DNA from: Candidatus Latescibacterota bacterium
GTDB taxonomy: Bacteria; Latescibacterota; UBA2968; GCA-2709665
DNA: 64,000 nt
Assembly: GCA_965248435.1 (NCBI GenBank)
Contig: OZ252100.1
Coordinates: 3,136,001 to 3,200,000 of the forward strand
Direction: 5' to 3'
Part shown: in pieces, positions 1 to 9,273 of the stretch
Layout of the letters: every line of letters begins with the position of its first letter
Position numbering within the stretch: position 1 is the stretch's first letter
Translations under genes and position numbers: made by a program
Notes under the pieces: generated by a model
Told to the model about the DNA's origin: nothing
The model's input: only the letters and a program-made list of their open reading frames with translations
Databases searched by the model: none

Positions 1-369
1 CAAGGCGCGCTCGTCTTCTGGTGGAATGAACTGGAGCGTCAGGTGCGTATCGAAGGGCGTGTGGAGAAAGTGCCGGATGAGAAGTCGGATGACTATTTCA
101 AAGGTCGACCGCGTGAACGCCAGCTTGGGGCGTGGGCATCCCATCAGAGCCGGGTGGTTTCGGATCGAGACGAGCTGGATCGCCGGTTCGAGGCGTTAGA
201 ACGGGAGTACGACGGCAAAGAGATCCCAAGGCCGCCTTACTGGGGGGGATACTGTCTGATTCCGGACAGCGTAGAGTTTTTCCAGGCCCGTTCAGACCGG
301 TTGAACGATCGCCTGATTTACCGTCGAGGAGGGAAAGCGGATTGGGTGCGTGAGCGTCTGGCCCCGTAA
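1..369 (+). CDS. pdxH: Pyridoxine/pyridoxamine 5'-phosphate oxidase, 5' end outside window
   Basis: Frame 1 open from base 1 (QGALVFWWNELERQVRIEG...). Motifs RQVRIEG, YFxxRP, QLGAWASxQS, PPYWGGY, RLNDR and C-terminal RLAP. Confidence 0.95.
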   Translation, partial: QGALVFWWNELERQVRIEGRVEKVPDEKSDDYFKGRPRERQLGAWASHQSRVVSDRDELDRRFEALEREYDGKEIPRPPYWGGYCLIPDSVEFFQARSDRLNDRLIYRRGGKADWVRERLAP

Positions 370-396
370 GCCTCGTCCACCTAAATCTATCGATAT

Positions 397-1452
397 ATGG
401 CCACGTTTCATTTAGGCAACGCAATCTGCAGGTCTCTTGTTCCGTGGTTGGAACTGGATTGGCCCCTAGACTGGGAATTCATTTTCAAACGGTCGGGCCG
501 GTTGGTGGTGGAGATCGGGTTTGGGAATGGAGACTTTTTGGCAGAAGAGGCAGAGACGAATCCTGATGCGAATTTTGTAGGCATAGAGCGTTCGTGGGGA
601 TCTGCACAACGCCTTCTGCGACGGATTGAGAGGAAGGGCCTGGAAAACGTCCGGGTTGTGCAAGGAAGTGCGGGTTACCTTGTTGAGCACCTCTTTGACC
701 AGGACGACATCGATGAGGCCTATGTCAACTTTTCCGACCCCTGGCCCAAAGAGCGGCACCACACACGCCGTCTGATCCAGCCCGAGTTCGTGAGCCTCCT
801 TGGGAGACGGCTGAGGCCCGGGGGGGAGACAACGATCTCAACAGATCACGCAGAGTATGCCGAGTGGATTAACGAAGTTTTACAGGACCAGGAGCTTCTT
901 CAATCGAAGTTTCGTTCATCATTCATCCACGACTTGCCGGGCCAAAGGCCAACAAAGTATGAGCAAAAGGCGAGGGCTGCGGGGTCCCAGATCTACTACT
1001 TTGTCTGGCGCCGAGACGGCTGCGTGTCTGAACCATCAACACATAAGAGGGTAGAAGATATGCCGAACGTGATTCTTGAGGGTCCGATCGATCCAAAACA
1101 GCTATTTTCTGGATTTGAGCCACAGACCCATCAGGAGTCGCACCGGGGCGTCCCCGTCATCTTGAAGTTCCTGAGGGCGTATCAGGACCTTAGCGAAGGC
1201 CATCACCTTGTTGAAGTGATGGTCAGAGACGGAGATCTTTCTCAGCACTTTGGTATTTCAGTGATCACCCGTCCTGACGAGCGACTGTTGATCAAACTGG
1301 CTGCGATGGGACATCCCAGACCTCTCTATGGGGTGAAACAAGCGGTCTGGCGAGTCGCTGAACTTATTTTGAATCAGTTTCCTGAGATGAGAGTCGCTTC
1401 GAGTACGGTGACCCCGGATCACGTAGAGCGTGAGATGGAGATCGGAGACTAG
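397..1452 (+). CDS. trmB: tRNA (guanine-N7)-methyltransferase with C-terminal extension
   Basis: EIGFGNG, NFSDPWPKERHHTRRL, STDHAEY, TKYE motifs, followed by an extra ~130-aa C-terminal domain. Confidence 0.92.
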   Translation: MATFHLGNAICRSLVPWLELDWPLDWEFIFKRSGRLVVEIGFGNGDFLAEEAETNPDANFVGIERSWGSAQRLLRRIERKGLENVRVVQGSAGYLVEHLFDQDDIDEAYVNFSDPWPKERHHTRRLIQPEFVSLLGRRLRPGGETTISTDHAEYAEWINEVLQDQELLQSKFRSSFIHDLPGQRPTKYEQKARAAGSQIYYFVWRRDGCVSEPSTHKRVEDMPNVILEGPIDPKQLFSGFEPQTHQESHRGVPVILKFLRAYQDLSEGHHLVEVMVRDGDLSQHFGISVITRPDERLLIKLAAMGHPRPLYGVKQAVWRVAELILNQFPEMRVASSTVTPDHVEREMEIGD

Positions 1453-1457
1453 CGTCT

Positions 1458-2357
1458 TTGCGGGCCTGTTACAGTCCTGACTATTTCGTGGCCCTGCCCC
1501 AGGGGCATCGATTTCCGATGGGGAAATTCCCTGCACTCCATCGGATTTTGATTTTGCAGGGGTTCGTGCGGCCGGACGATGTTGTGGCGCCTTTTGAGGC
1601 GGCGTGGGAAGACCTGCTGCTTGTACATACAGAGGGCTACCTCTCGGGGCTGAAACAGAGCAAGCTGAGCCGTTCGACGGAGCGAAGAATCGGACTACCG
1701 GTTTCTGAGGCGCTCTTCAGGCGCTCGCGACTCGCGACCCAGGGCACGGTCGAGGCCGGGCGTATGGCTCTGGAGGACGGCATCGCTGCGAACCTGGCCG
1801 GCGGTATGCACCACGGCTTTCCGGATCACGGGGAGGGGTTCTGTGTTCTGAACGACGTAGCTGTTGCCGTTCGAGTTCTGCGGCGCTCCGGACGTGTGAG
1901 CCGAATCCTGGTCCTGGACCTGGACGTACATCAGGGCAATGGAACGGCGTCGATCTTTTCTGGTGAGCCGTCTGTCTATACTTTTTCGATGCATGGCGCA
2001 AAGAATTTTCCTTTCAAGAAGGCCCGATCTTCCCTGGATGTCGCACTGCTTGACGGCACCGGAGACCGTGACTATCTGAACTTACTTTCACTGCATCTTC
2101 GGCGTGCCTTCGAACAGGCGAAGCCGGACCTGATCTATTACCTTGCCGGGGTGGACCCGGTGGGTGGTGACCGGTTCGGGAGACTTACGCTTAGCCGAGA
2201 GGGGCTTATGAGGCGGGATCGATTGGTTCTGGAGACGGCGCATCGCGCAGGTGTTCCAATCGCGCTTCTTCTATCTGGTGGGTATGCGAAGTCGGCGGAA
2301 GAGACGGCGGACCTGCACGCGGTGGTCCACAGGGAAGCGGCGGAGGTTTTTGGATAA
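1458..2357 (+). CDS. Histone deacetylase family Zn hydrolase
   Basis: HRFPMGKF, GGMHH, GFCVLND, DLDVHQGNG, AGVD and GGY motifs; TTG start. Confidence 0.93.
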   Translation: MRACYSPDYFVALPQGHRFPMGKFPALHRILILQGFVRPDDVVAPFEAAWEDLLLVHTEGYLSGLKQSKLSRSTERRIGLPVSEALFRRSRLATQGTVEAGRMALEDGIAANLAGGMHHGFPDHGEGFCVLNDVAVAVRVLRRSGRVSRILVLDLDVHQGNGTASIFSGEPSVYTFSMHGAKNFPFKKARSSLDVALLDGTGDRDYLNLLSLHLRRAFEQAKPDLIYYLAGVDPVGGDRFGRLTLSREGLMRRDRLVLETAHRAGVPIALLLSGGYAKSAEETADLHAVVHREAAEVFG

Positions 2358-2367
2358 CGTTCTAAAA

Positions 2368-2392
2368 ATGCCCCGCCGGGGCGTCTCTACGG
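2368..2392. repeat. REP-like palindrome (GTAG-foot family, same family as the 39388 array)
   Basis: atgccccgccggggcgtctctac resembles gagacgccccaccggggcgtctctac at 39578. Confidence 0.6.
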
Positions 2393-2416
2393 CAGTTTAT
2401 TTGACAAAGGCAATAT

Positions 2417-3169
2417 ATGATTTCGTTGAATGGAGTCTCAAAGCGATTCGGGAATACGGTCGCGCTGGAGCCGATGGACCTGGCGATTCAACCTGGCCGC
2501 ACGACGGTGCTGATCGGTCCGAGTGGCTGTGGGAAGTCGACGCTGCTGCGGCTGATGATCTATTTGATCCAGCCGGATACCGGTTCGGTGCGCTTCGAGG
2601 GCCGCGCGTTTACGCCTGCAGACGCGCTTGTGCTGCGGCGTCGGATGGGCTATGTGATTCAGGACGGAGGTCTGTTTCCTCACCTTACCGCGCGCGACAA
2701 CGTCGCTTTGATGGCACGCTATCTAGGTTGGGAGGCCGGTCGGGTCGAATCCCGTTTGGGTGATCTGTCCGAGCTGACCCGGTTTCCGAAGGATGGGCTG
2801 GATCGCTTTCCGGCGCAGCTCTCGGGTGGGCAGAAGCAGCGAGTGAGTCTGATGCGAGCGCTGATGCTGGACCCTGATGTGCTGTTGTTGGACGAGCCCC
2901 TTGGCTCGCTGGATCCGATGGTCCGCTCTGAGCTGCAGACGGACCTTCGGCAGATTTTTCAGACCGTGCGTAAAACGGTGGTGATGGTGACTCACGACAT
3001 GGGTGAGGCCGGGTTCTTCGGCGATGTCATCGTGCTTCTGCGTGAGGGGGAGATTGTGCAACAGGGAGCGCTGCAAGATCTTGTAGAGAGGCCCACCGAT
3101 CCGTTCGTAACACAGTTCATCAATGCTCAGCGCAGTCCGCTGGAAGTCGTGGGAGGGAGTTCTCAGTGA
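2417..3169 (+). CDS. ABC transporter ATP-binding subunit, osmoprotectant/quaternary-amine (OpuCA/ProV-like)
   Basis: Walker A GPSGCGKST, GYVIQDGGLFPH, LSGGQ, Walker B LLLDEP, VTHD. Confidence 0.92.
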   Translation: MISLNGVSKRFGNTVALEPMDLAIQPGRTTVLIGPSGCGKSTLLRLMIYLIQPDTGSVRFEGRAFTPADALVLRRRMGYVIQDGGLFPHLTARDNVALMARYLGWEAGRVESRLGDLSELTRFPKDGLDRFPAQLSGGQKQRVSLMRALMLDPDVLLLDEPLGSLDPMVRSELQTDLRQIFQTVRKTVVMVTHDMGEAGFFGDVIVLLREGEIVQQGALQDLVERPTDPFVTQFINAQRSPLEVVGGSSQ

Positions 3170-4659
3170 AGTCGATGGGATGGCTGCTGTTCGTGTCGGC
3201 CATGTGTACGTCTTCGTGGGCCAACGGTCCAGAGGTGAAGATCGGGTCTAAGACGTTTACAGAATCGGTGATCCTTGGGGAGCTGGTCGTGCATCTGGTG
3301 GAAGACGCCGGTGGACGGCCCGTATACAAACGCGAGCTGGGCGGAACTCGGGTCCTGTGGAACGCGCTGCTTCGGGGGGATATCGATGTCTATCCTGAAT
3401 ACACGGGTACGATCAGCCAGGAGATCCTGGCAGGTCAGGGCATTCGTGACGAAGCGGCGATCCGTAAGGCCCTGGCCGCGAAGGGCATCCGCGTTAGTCG
3501 TTCCTTCGGGTTCAACAATACGTATGCGGTCGGGATGAGGGAGGATGTGGCGTCGCCTCTGGGCATTCGGACGGTTTCGGACCTGCGCGACCACCCTGAG
3601 CTGACGTTCGGGTTCAGCAACGAGTTTATGGCTCGAGGAGACGGCTGGCCCAGTCTGCGCGATCGATATGGGCTTCCGCAGGTCGAGGTACAGGGACTCG
3701 ATCACGACCTGGCCTACCGGGGTCTGGAGAGTGGTTCAATCGATGCGACCGATCTGTATTCCACTGACGCGGAGATCCGGTACTATGGATTGCGGGTCCT
3801 GGAAGACGATCTGAAACACTTTCCTGCCTACAACGGCGTGCTCGTCTACCGTGCTGATTTGGAGACGCGCGCCCCGGAGGTGGTGTCCGCAATGCTGCGG
3901 TTGGAAGGACGGATCCAGGAATCGGCGATGGTGGAGATGAATGCTCGGGCAAAGCTCGATAAGGTCGCTGAGAGCCGTGTGGCGGCCGATTTTCTGACAT
4001 CCCGTCTGTCTGTTGACGCGGAAGCCAGAGAGGAGCAGGTGATGGAGCGCCTGCTTCGCACGACTCGGGAACACCTCATTCTGGTTGCGATCTCGCTGAC
4101 GGCGGCGATTTTGATCTCGATACCGCTGGGCGTCCTGGCCGCGCGCCTGCCGCGCTTCGGACAGGCGATTCTGGGACTTACCGGGGTCGTTCAGACGATT
4201 CCGGCGCTTGCGCTGCTGGTGTTGATGATTCCCCTGCTCGGCATCGGCGGACCGCCCGCGATCGCAGCCCTTTTCCTCTACAGTCTGCTCCCGATCGTTC
4301 GCAACACATATGCAGGCTTGCACGGTGTGCCGCTCGAGATTCGCGAATCGGCCGAGGCATTAGGACTGCCATCCCGTGTGCGCCTGCGCCTTGTGGAACT
4401 GCCCATGGCTTCGCGGTCGATCCTGGCCGGGATAAAGACCTCAGCCGTAATCAACGTGGGGTTCGCGACTCTTGGTGCGCTGATCGGGGCGGGAGGCTAC
4501 GGCCAGCCGATTCTGACTGGCATCCGGCTGGACGATACAGGTCTGATCCTCCAGGGTGCGGTACCGGCAGCGGCACTCGCGCTTGTGGTGCAGGGGCTTT
4601 TCGAGCTGGTGGAGCGGGTGATGGTCCCTCGGGGGCTGAGGCTGAGTCCAGAATCCTGA
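3166..4659 (+). CDS. Fused substrate-binding protein + permease of a betaine-type ABC importer
   Basis: Signal peptide; OpuAC-type motifs GSKTFTE, YPEYTGT, FNNTYA, YSTD; C-terminal TM domain with QTIPALAL and EAA-like loop; GTGA overlap with the ATPase. Confidence 0.9.
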   Translation: MKSMGWLLFVSAMCTSSWANGPEVKIGSKTFTESVILGELVVHLVEDAGGRPVYKRELGGTRVLWNALLRGDIDVYPEYTGTISQEILAGQGIRDEAAIRKALAAKGIRVSRSFGFNNTYAVGMREDVASPLGIRTVSDLRDHPELTFGFSNEFMARGDGWPSLRDRYGLPQVEVQGLDHDLAYRGLESGSIDATDLYSTDAEIRYYGLRVLEDDLKHFPAYNGVLVYRADLETRAPEVVSAMLRLEGRIQESAMVEMNARAKLDKVAESRVAADFLTSRLSVDAEAREEQVMERLLRTTREHLILVAISLTAAILISIPLGVLAARLPRFGQAILGLTGVVQTIPALALLVLMIPLLGIGGPPAIAALFLYSLLPIVRNTYAGLHGVPLEIRESAEALGLPSRVRLRLVELPMASRSILAGIKTSAVINVGFATLGALIGAGGYGQPILTGIRLDDTGLILQGAVPAAALALVVQGLFELVERVMVPRGLRLSPES

Positions 4660-4695
4660 CGCCACGCGGCAACTCGAGTCCTGCTTGACATCCGT

Positions 4696-5775
4696 TTGGG
4701 CAGATCAAATATTGATGATCACTCGGGATTTCCCAAGGCTTTGCAATCGTTGGAAAGGATAGACGCCCAGGTGCCTTTGTCGGAGTTTGATGGCCGTTTC
4801 TCACTTATTACCGAGGAGGTTCAGTCGGCGGAGGACTCCTTCGCGGCGGATGTGACCGAAGGTCTCTCGTCGTCGCCCAAACGGCTTTCTTGTCGGTTCT
4901 TTTATGACGGCGAGGGATCCCAACTGTTTGACGATATCACCAAGCTTCCTGAGTACTATCTGACGGATGCCGGTTCGGAAATCCTGGATTCCCGGGCGGA
5001 CGAGATCGCATCCGCATTTGAGGATGAAGTTACGCTGGTCGAGCTGGGCAGCGGGAGTGCAGTGAAGACCCAGCATCTCATCGATGTGCTGCTAGAGCGG
5101 CAAGACGGGCTTCGGTTCGTGCCGGTAGACATCTCCGTGGACGTCCTGGAGGAGAGCTCTCGCGACCTGCTCCGTAACTATCCAGAACTGAGGGTGCTGG
5201 GCGTTGCCGCAGAGTATCGGGCTGGCCTGGAGAGGATCGAGAAAGAGATAGACGGCGCAAAGCTCATCCTCTGGCTCGGGTCGAACGTGGGGAATTTCGA
5301 AAGGGAGGAGGCGGCTCGATTTCTGGGTCAGATCGGGGAGCAGATGACCGATCAGGACCGCTTATTGATGGGCGTTGACCTTCGCAAAGATCGTTCTGTG
5401 CTTGAAGCGGCATACGACGATTCTCAAGGTGTGACGGCTCGATTCAATCTGAACCTTCTTGAACGGATCAACAAAGAACTCGGCGGGCAGTTCGATGTGG
5501 ATACGTTTCGGCACCGAGCGGTTTACAATGAGGAGGCGGGACGAGTAGAGATGTATCTGGACAGCACGTGTGCACAGACGGTAAGGATCGAGGAACTGAA
5601 TCTGGTCGTTTCGTTCGAGAAGGGAGAAGAGATTCACACGGAGAACTCTTACAAGTATTCGCTTGCTGAGATCGACAGACTCGCCGAGGCGGCTTGTATG
5701 CAGGTAGAGCGACGGTGGCTTGATACAAGGCGCCTGTTCAGCAAGAACCTCCTGAAGGTCAGGGACGCGAAATAG
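4696..5775 (+). CDS. egtD: L-histidine N-alpha-methyltransferase (EgtD family)
   Basis: FFYD, PEYY, ELGSGS, GSNVGNF, GVDLRKD, AYDD.GVTARFNLN, VEMYL, HTENSYKY. True start may be downstream of 4696. Confidence 0.88.
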   Translation: MGRSNIDDHSGFPKALQSLERIDAQVPLSEFDGRFSLITEEVQSAEDSFAADVTEGLSSSPKRLSCRFFYDGEGSQLFDDITKLPEYYLTDAGSEILDSRADEIASAFEDEVTLVELGSGSAVKTQHLIDVLLERQDGLRFVPVDISVDVLEESSRDLLRNYPELRVLGVAAEYRAGLERIEKEIDGAKLILWLGSNVGNFEREEAARFLGQIGEQMTDQDRLLMGVDLRKDRSVLEAAYDDSQGVTARFNLNLLERINKELGGQFDVDTFRHRAVYNEEAGRVEMYLDSTCAQTVRIEELNLVVSFEKGEEIHTENSYKYSLAEIDRLAEAACMQVERRWLDTRRLFSKNLLKVRDAK

Positions 5776-5812
5776 AGACGCTTTATTTAATTGCCAATGT
5801 GCCTCATCCGGA

Positions 5813-5851
5813 AGGGCGTTTTGATCGAGGGGTCGATCGCGCCCTATTTTT
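5813..5851 (+). terminator. Probable intrinsic terminator after egtD
   Basis: agggcg..gatcga gggg tcgatc..cgccct hairpin followed by attttt. Confidence 0.55.
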
Positions 5852-5879
5852 CTGAGAGCGAGGCTCGTTCAGGGCGACG

Positions 5880-6560
5880 ATGACAACCGCACTTTCCTTT
5901 CGTGGCGTTTCAAAAGTTTACGAAGCCTTCGGCAGCAGCAGCCGCTTCGCGCTCCGGGATATCTCTTTCGAAGTCCCAGCTGGACGGAAGGTGGCTGTCG
6001 TCGGAAGGAGTGGGAGCGGAAAGTCGACGTTGCTGCACCTCGCCGCCGGTATCGAGGTCGCCACCGAAGGAAAGATCTCCATCCAGGGTCAGGAGCTCGA
6101 TGGATTGTCCGAGCGGGCGCGCACGCTGCTCAGGCGTGAGGAGATCGGCCTTGTGTTTCAGTTCTTCCACCTTCTTTCCCACCTCTCAGTGAGGGAGAAT
6201 GTTGCCCTCCCTGCCCTGATTGCATCGGAGCGGGCGAGCGATTTCGAGCCGAGAGTGTTCGATCTGCTGGAGCGAGTGGGTCTTGCCGACAGAGCAGAGG
6301 ATGCAGTTCAGAAGCTCTCCGGTGGGGAGATGCAGCGGGTGGCGATCTGTCGGGCCCTGCTGCGTCGCCCCAGGCTCCTGCTCGCCGACGAGCCGACCGG
6401 GAACCTGGACGATGAGACGGGCCAGCGGGTGATGGAACTCCTTCTCGACATGGTGGCCCAGGAGGGGACGACGCTGCTTTATGTGACGCACAGTCGCGAC
6501 GTGGTAGCGCTTGCCGATGAGGTGTGGACGCTCCACAGCGGCGAGTTGGAGCGAGCATGA
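5880..6560 (+). CDS. ABC transporter ATP-binding protein, LolD/MacB-like
   Basis: GRSGSGKST, IGLVFQFFHLL, LSGGE, ADEPTGNLD, VTH. Confidence 0.92.
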   Translation: MTTALSFRGVSKVYEAFGSSSRFALRDISFEVPAGRKVAVVGRSGSGKSTLLHLAAGIEVATEGKISIQGQELDGLSERARTLLRREEIGLVFQFFHLLSHLSVRENVALPALIASERASDFEPRVFDLLERVGLADRAEDAVQKLSGGEMQRVAICRALLRRPRLLLADEPTGNLDDETGQRVMELLLDMVAQEGTTLLYVTHSRDVVALADEVWTLHSGELERA

Positions 6561-9079
6561 TCCGCTACTTCCTTGGAACGCTCGTTTCCCATTTCAGGGC
6601 GGGACGGAGCCTCTACCTTTTGACGTTGTTCGGCGTCGCGCTGGGTGTGGCGTCTGTCCTATCGATTCAGGTGATCAATCAAAACGCTTTGGCGGCCTTC
6701 CAGGGGAGTGTGGAGGCCTTGAGCGGTGGCGCTGATTTCAGTGTTCTGGGACGGACGCCGGCGTTTCCGGAAAGGATCTACTCCGAGGTGCTCTCCGAAC
6801 CGGGGGTCGCTGCGGCCTGGCCGCTCTTTCGCGTGGAAGTCGCGGTTCCGGAAGAAGAGGCGTTTTTCCTGGAAGTACTCGGAGTCGACTTTTTCGCCCC
6901 GATGCAGATCCCGTTGCGTGGGGCCAATGCAGACCTTTCAAAGGCGCTTTCGCAGCCGGGTTGGGTGGCGGTGTCGCCCTGGTTGGCCGCTGAGCGAGGA
7001 TTGGATGTCGGCCAGTCGCTGGAAGTGGCGAGCGGTTCGAATCGGGTGCGCCTCACGGTCGGCGCGCTGGTGGACTTTCAGAGCCTGAGCCCCCTGGCGA
7101 GTCCAAAGATGGTCGTGATGGACATTGCCCAGGCGCAGAGCCTGCTCGGCCGGCGGGGGCAGATCCATCAGATCGACGTTCAGGTGGCGGAGGGCGAGAG
7201 CGAGACCGAGGTGATGGAACGTCTTCGGACCAGGTTGGGCCCTGCGCTGCAAATCGTCACCCCGGAGGCGCGCGAACGGCAGGCAACTGGCCTGATGGCC
7301 GCCTTCCGACTGAACCTGACGGCGCTGAGTCTGATCAGCCTCTTCGTAGGTCTCTTCCTGGTCTACAGCAGCACCCAGGCCTCACTGATTCGCAGGCGGG
7401 CGGAATTCGGTCTTCTGAGATCGATTGGATCCACTCCGCGGCAGGTGTTCGCTTTGATCGTCGGGGAGGTGATCATCCTGGGAGCGCTGGGCGTGGTGCT
7501 GGGCCTTCCGCTTGGCTACTGGGTGGCGGAGTCGAGTGTGGACAAGGTCAGCGCGACGTTGAGCAACCTCTACCTGCTTGAAGAGATCTCTTCACTTCAG
7601 GTCCCTCTCCAACTGTTCTGGCTCGCGGGGCTGGTCGGGATCGGTGGGGCCTTTGCAGGGGCCGTCGTTCCGGCGCTGGATCTCAGTCGTCGCGACACGC
7701 GGTCTCTGCTCTCGGCCTTTACGCTGCACGAAAAGATCGGGTCTGTCGCCAAAGGGTTGTCCGGAGTCGGTGTCTGCGCCATTCTGCTTCCCTTGATTTG
7801 GTACCGGGTCTGGGGGGAGATGTGGCAGCATTCCGGGTTTGTGCTGGGGATCGGGCTTTTGATCGGCATTCCCCTGCTCAGTCCTTTACTCGTCCAGCAG
7901 GCCTGCGGCCGGGTGCGTGTCAGGCGATTCGGATTCGGCTATAGCCTGAAGAGCCTGGGTCTTCAGTTACAGACGACATCGATCGCCGTGGCCTCGCTCG
8001 CGGTGGCGGTGAGCATGTTGATCGGCATTACGCTGATGATCGGGAGCTTCAGGAAGACGCTGGAGGTCTGGGTGGCGACATCGATCCAGGCCGACATCTA
8101 CATTACCCCGCAGTCCTGGCGTGGAAAGGGGACAGAGTCGACGCTGGAGCCCGATCTGGTCCGCGCAATAGGCGCCCATCCAGGGGTCGAGGCGATGGAT
8201 CGTCTGCGCGGGTTTCTGGGCTATACGGGAGAACAGCGGATTTCCGTGGCAGGCGTGGAGATGGGCCTCCTCGGGGGAGAGCCGAGGTTTCCGCTTCTGG
8301 AAGGCGAGCCATCCGATGTGTTCAAGCAAGTCCACGCAGGCGGGAAGGTTCTCGTCGGTGAGACTTTGGCTCGGAAACAGGGTCTGGCTGTGGGCGATGA
8401 ATTGCCTCTGTACGGGCCGGAGGGAGAGCTGAGATTGGAGATCGCGGGTGTCTATTACGACTACAGCACGGAGGGCGGCGTTGCGGTGATGGACCTCGCG
8501 ACGATGGAGCGACATTTCGGGCCGGGCGAGGTCAACAGTGTTGCACTTTATCTTGAGTCAGGTCGCGACCCGGAGCGGGTCGTGGACGAGCTCAGGGCAC
8601 AGTTTCCTAAAGCCCCGCTTCTGATCAGGAGCAACCGACGTCTCAGGGCAGAGATATCCAGGGTGTTCGAAGAGACGTTCGCTGTGACCCGAATCCTTCA
8701 GCTTATGAGCCTCGTCATCGCGACGTGCGGCGTCGCGCTGATGCTCCTCGTCCTGGCTCGCGAGCGGGTCTCGGAGCTGGCCCTTTATCGTGCCCTGGGG
8801 GCCAGCCGTCGACAGCTCTTCAACATTTTCGTGTGGAAAGGGTTCGGAATGGGGTCTCTGGGCCTCGGCCTGGGTCTGCTCGGCGGTCTGGCCCTTGCCG
8901 GCGTGCTGATCTTCGTGATTAACCGGGCCTACTTCGGCTGGACGATCCAGGTCTATTGGCCCTGGCGAGACCTTTTACAGGAGGTGGGATCCATCCTGGG
9001 CGCTTCGCTGATCGCGAGCCTCTATCCGGCCCTTCGGGCGAGCCAGACACCAGCTGAGGAGTTGAGACGAGATGTCTGA
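6557..9079 (+). CDS. FtsX/MacB-type ABC permease (duplicated, AttF/AttG-like)
   Basis: Two MacB-PCD/FtsX halves (GVALGVA...; RRRAEFGLLRSIG; RVSELALYRALG). ATG at 6557 overlaps the ATPase stop (ATGA). Confidence 0.9.
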   Translation: MIRYFLGTLVSHFRAGRSLYLLTLFGVALGVASVLSIQVINQNALAAFQGSVEALSGGADFSVLGRTPAFPERIYSEVLSEPGVAAAWPLFRVEVAVPEEEAFFLEVLGVDFFAPMQIPLRGANADLSKALSQPGWVAVSPWLAAERGLDVGQSLEVASGSNRVRLTVGALVDFQSLSPLASPKMVVMDIAQAQSLLGRRGQIHQIDVQVAEGESETEVMERLRTRLGPALQIVTPEARERQATGLMAAFRLNLTALSLISLFVGLFLVYSSTQASLIRRRAEFGLLRSIGSTPRQVFALIVGEVIILGALGVVLGLPLGYWVAESSVDKVSATLSNLYLLEEISSLQVPLQLFWLAGLVGIGGAFAGAVVPALDLSRRDTRSLLSAFTLHEKIGSVAKGLSGVGVCAILLPLIWYRVWGEMWQHSGFVLGIGLLIGIPLLSPLLVQQACGRVRVRRFGFGYSLKSLGLQLQTTSIAVASLAVAVSMLIGITLMIGSFRKTLEVWVATSIQADIYITPQSWRGKGTESTLEPDLVRAIGAHPGVEAMDRLRGFLGYTGEQRISVAGVEMGLLGGEPRFPLLEGEPSDVFKQVHAGGKVLVGETLARKQGLAVGDELPLYGPEGELRLEIAGVYYDYSTEGGVAVMDLATMERHFGPGEVNSVALYLESGRDPERVVDELRAQFPKAPLLIRSNRRLRAEISRVFEETFAVTRILQLMSLVIATCGVALMLLVLARERVSELALYRALGASRRQLFNIFVWKGFGMGSLGLGLGLLGGLALAGVLIFVINRAYFGWTIQVYWPWRDLLQEVGSILGASLIASLYPALRASQTPAEELRRDV

Positions 9080-9081
9080 CA

Positions 9082-9116
9082 ATTGCGGATTGCGGAATGG
9101 GGATTGCGGATTGAGA
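9082..9116. repeat. Tandem ATTGCGG heptamer repeat
   Basis: attgcgg attgcgg aatgggg attgcgg attgaga; similar runs at 23464, 27395 and 60197. Confidence 0.85.
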
Positions 9117-9273
9117 AGGCTGGATCACGGAAGGACACGAAAAAGGTAGAGGGCCACGGAAACGATGTATTGGACTGAGTTACTTGGGGATTGAAAGACG
9201 AATCTCACCGCAGAGGCTTGCCCCGGAAGTGTCTCTGATCCGGGGCGCAGAGGACGCAGAGAAGGAAGAATAG

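Noticed and set aside
3166-4659. Firm call as ergothioneine transporter EgtU
   Set aside because: Domain order is SBP then permease and the GSKTFTE motif is the generic betaine type; specificity cannot be read from sequence.
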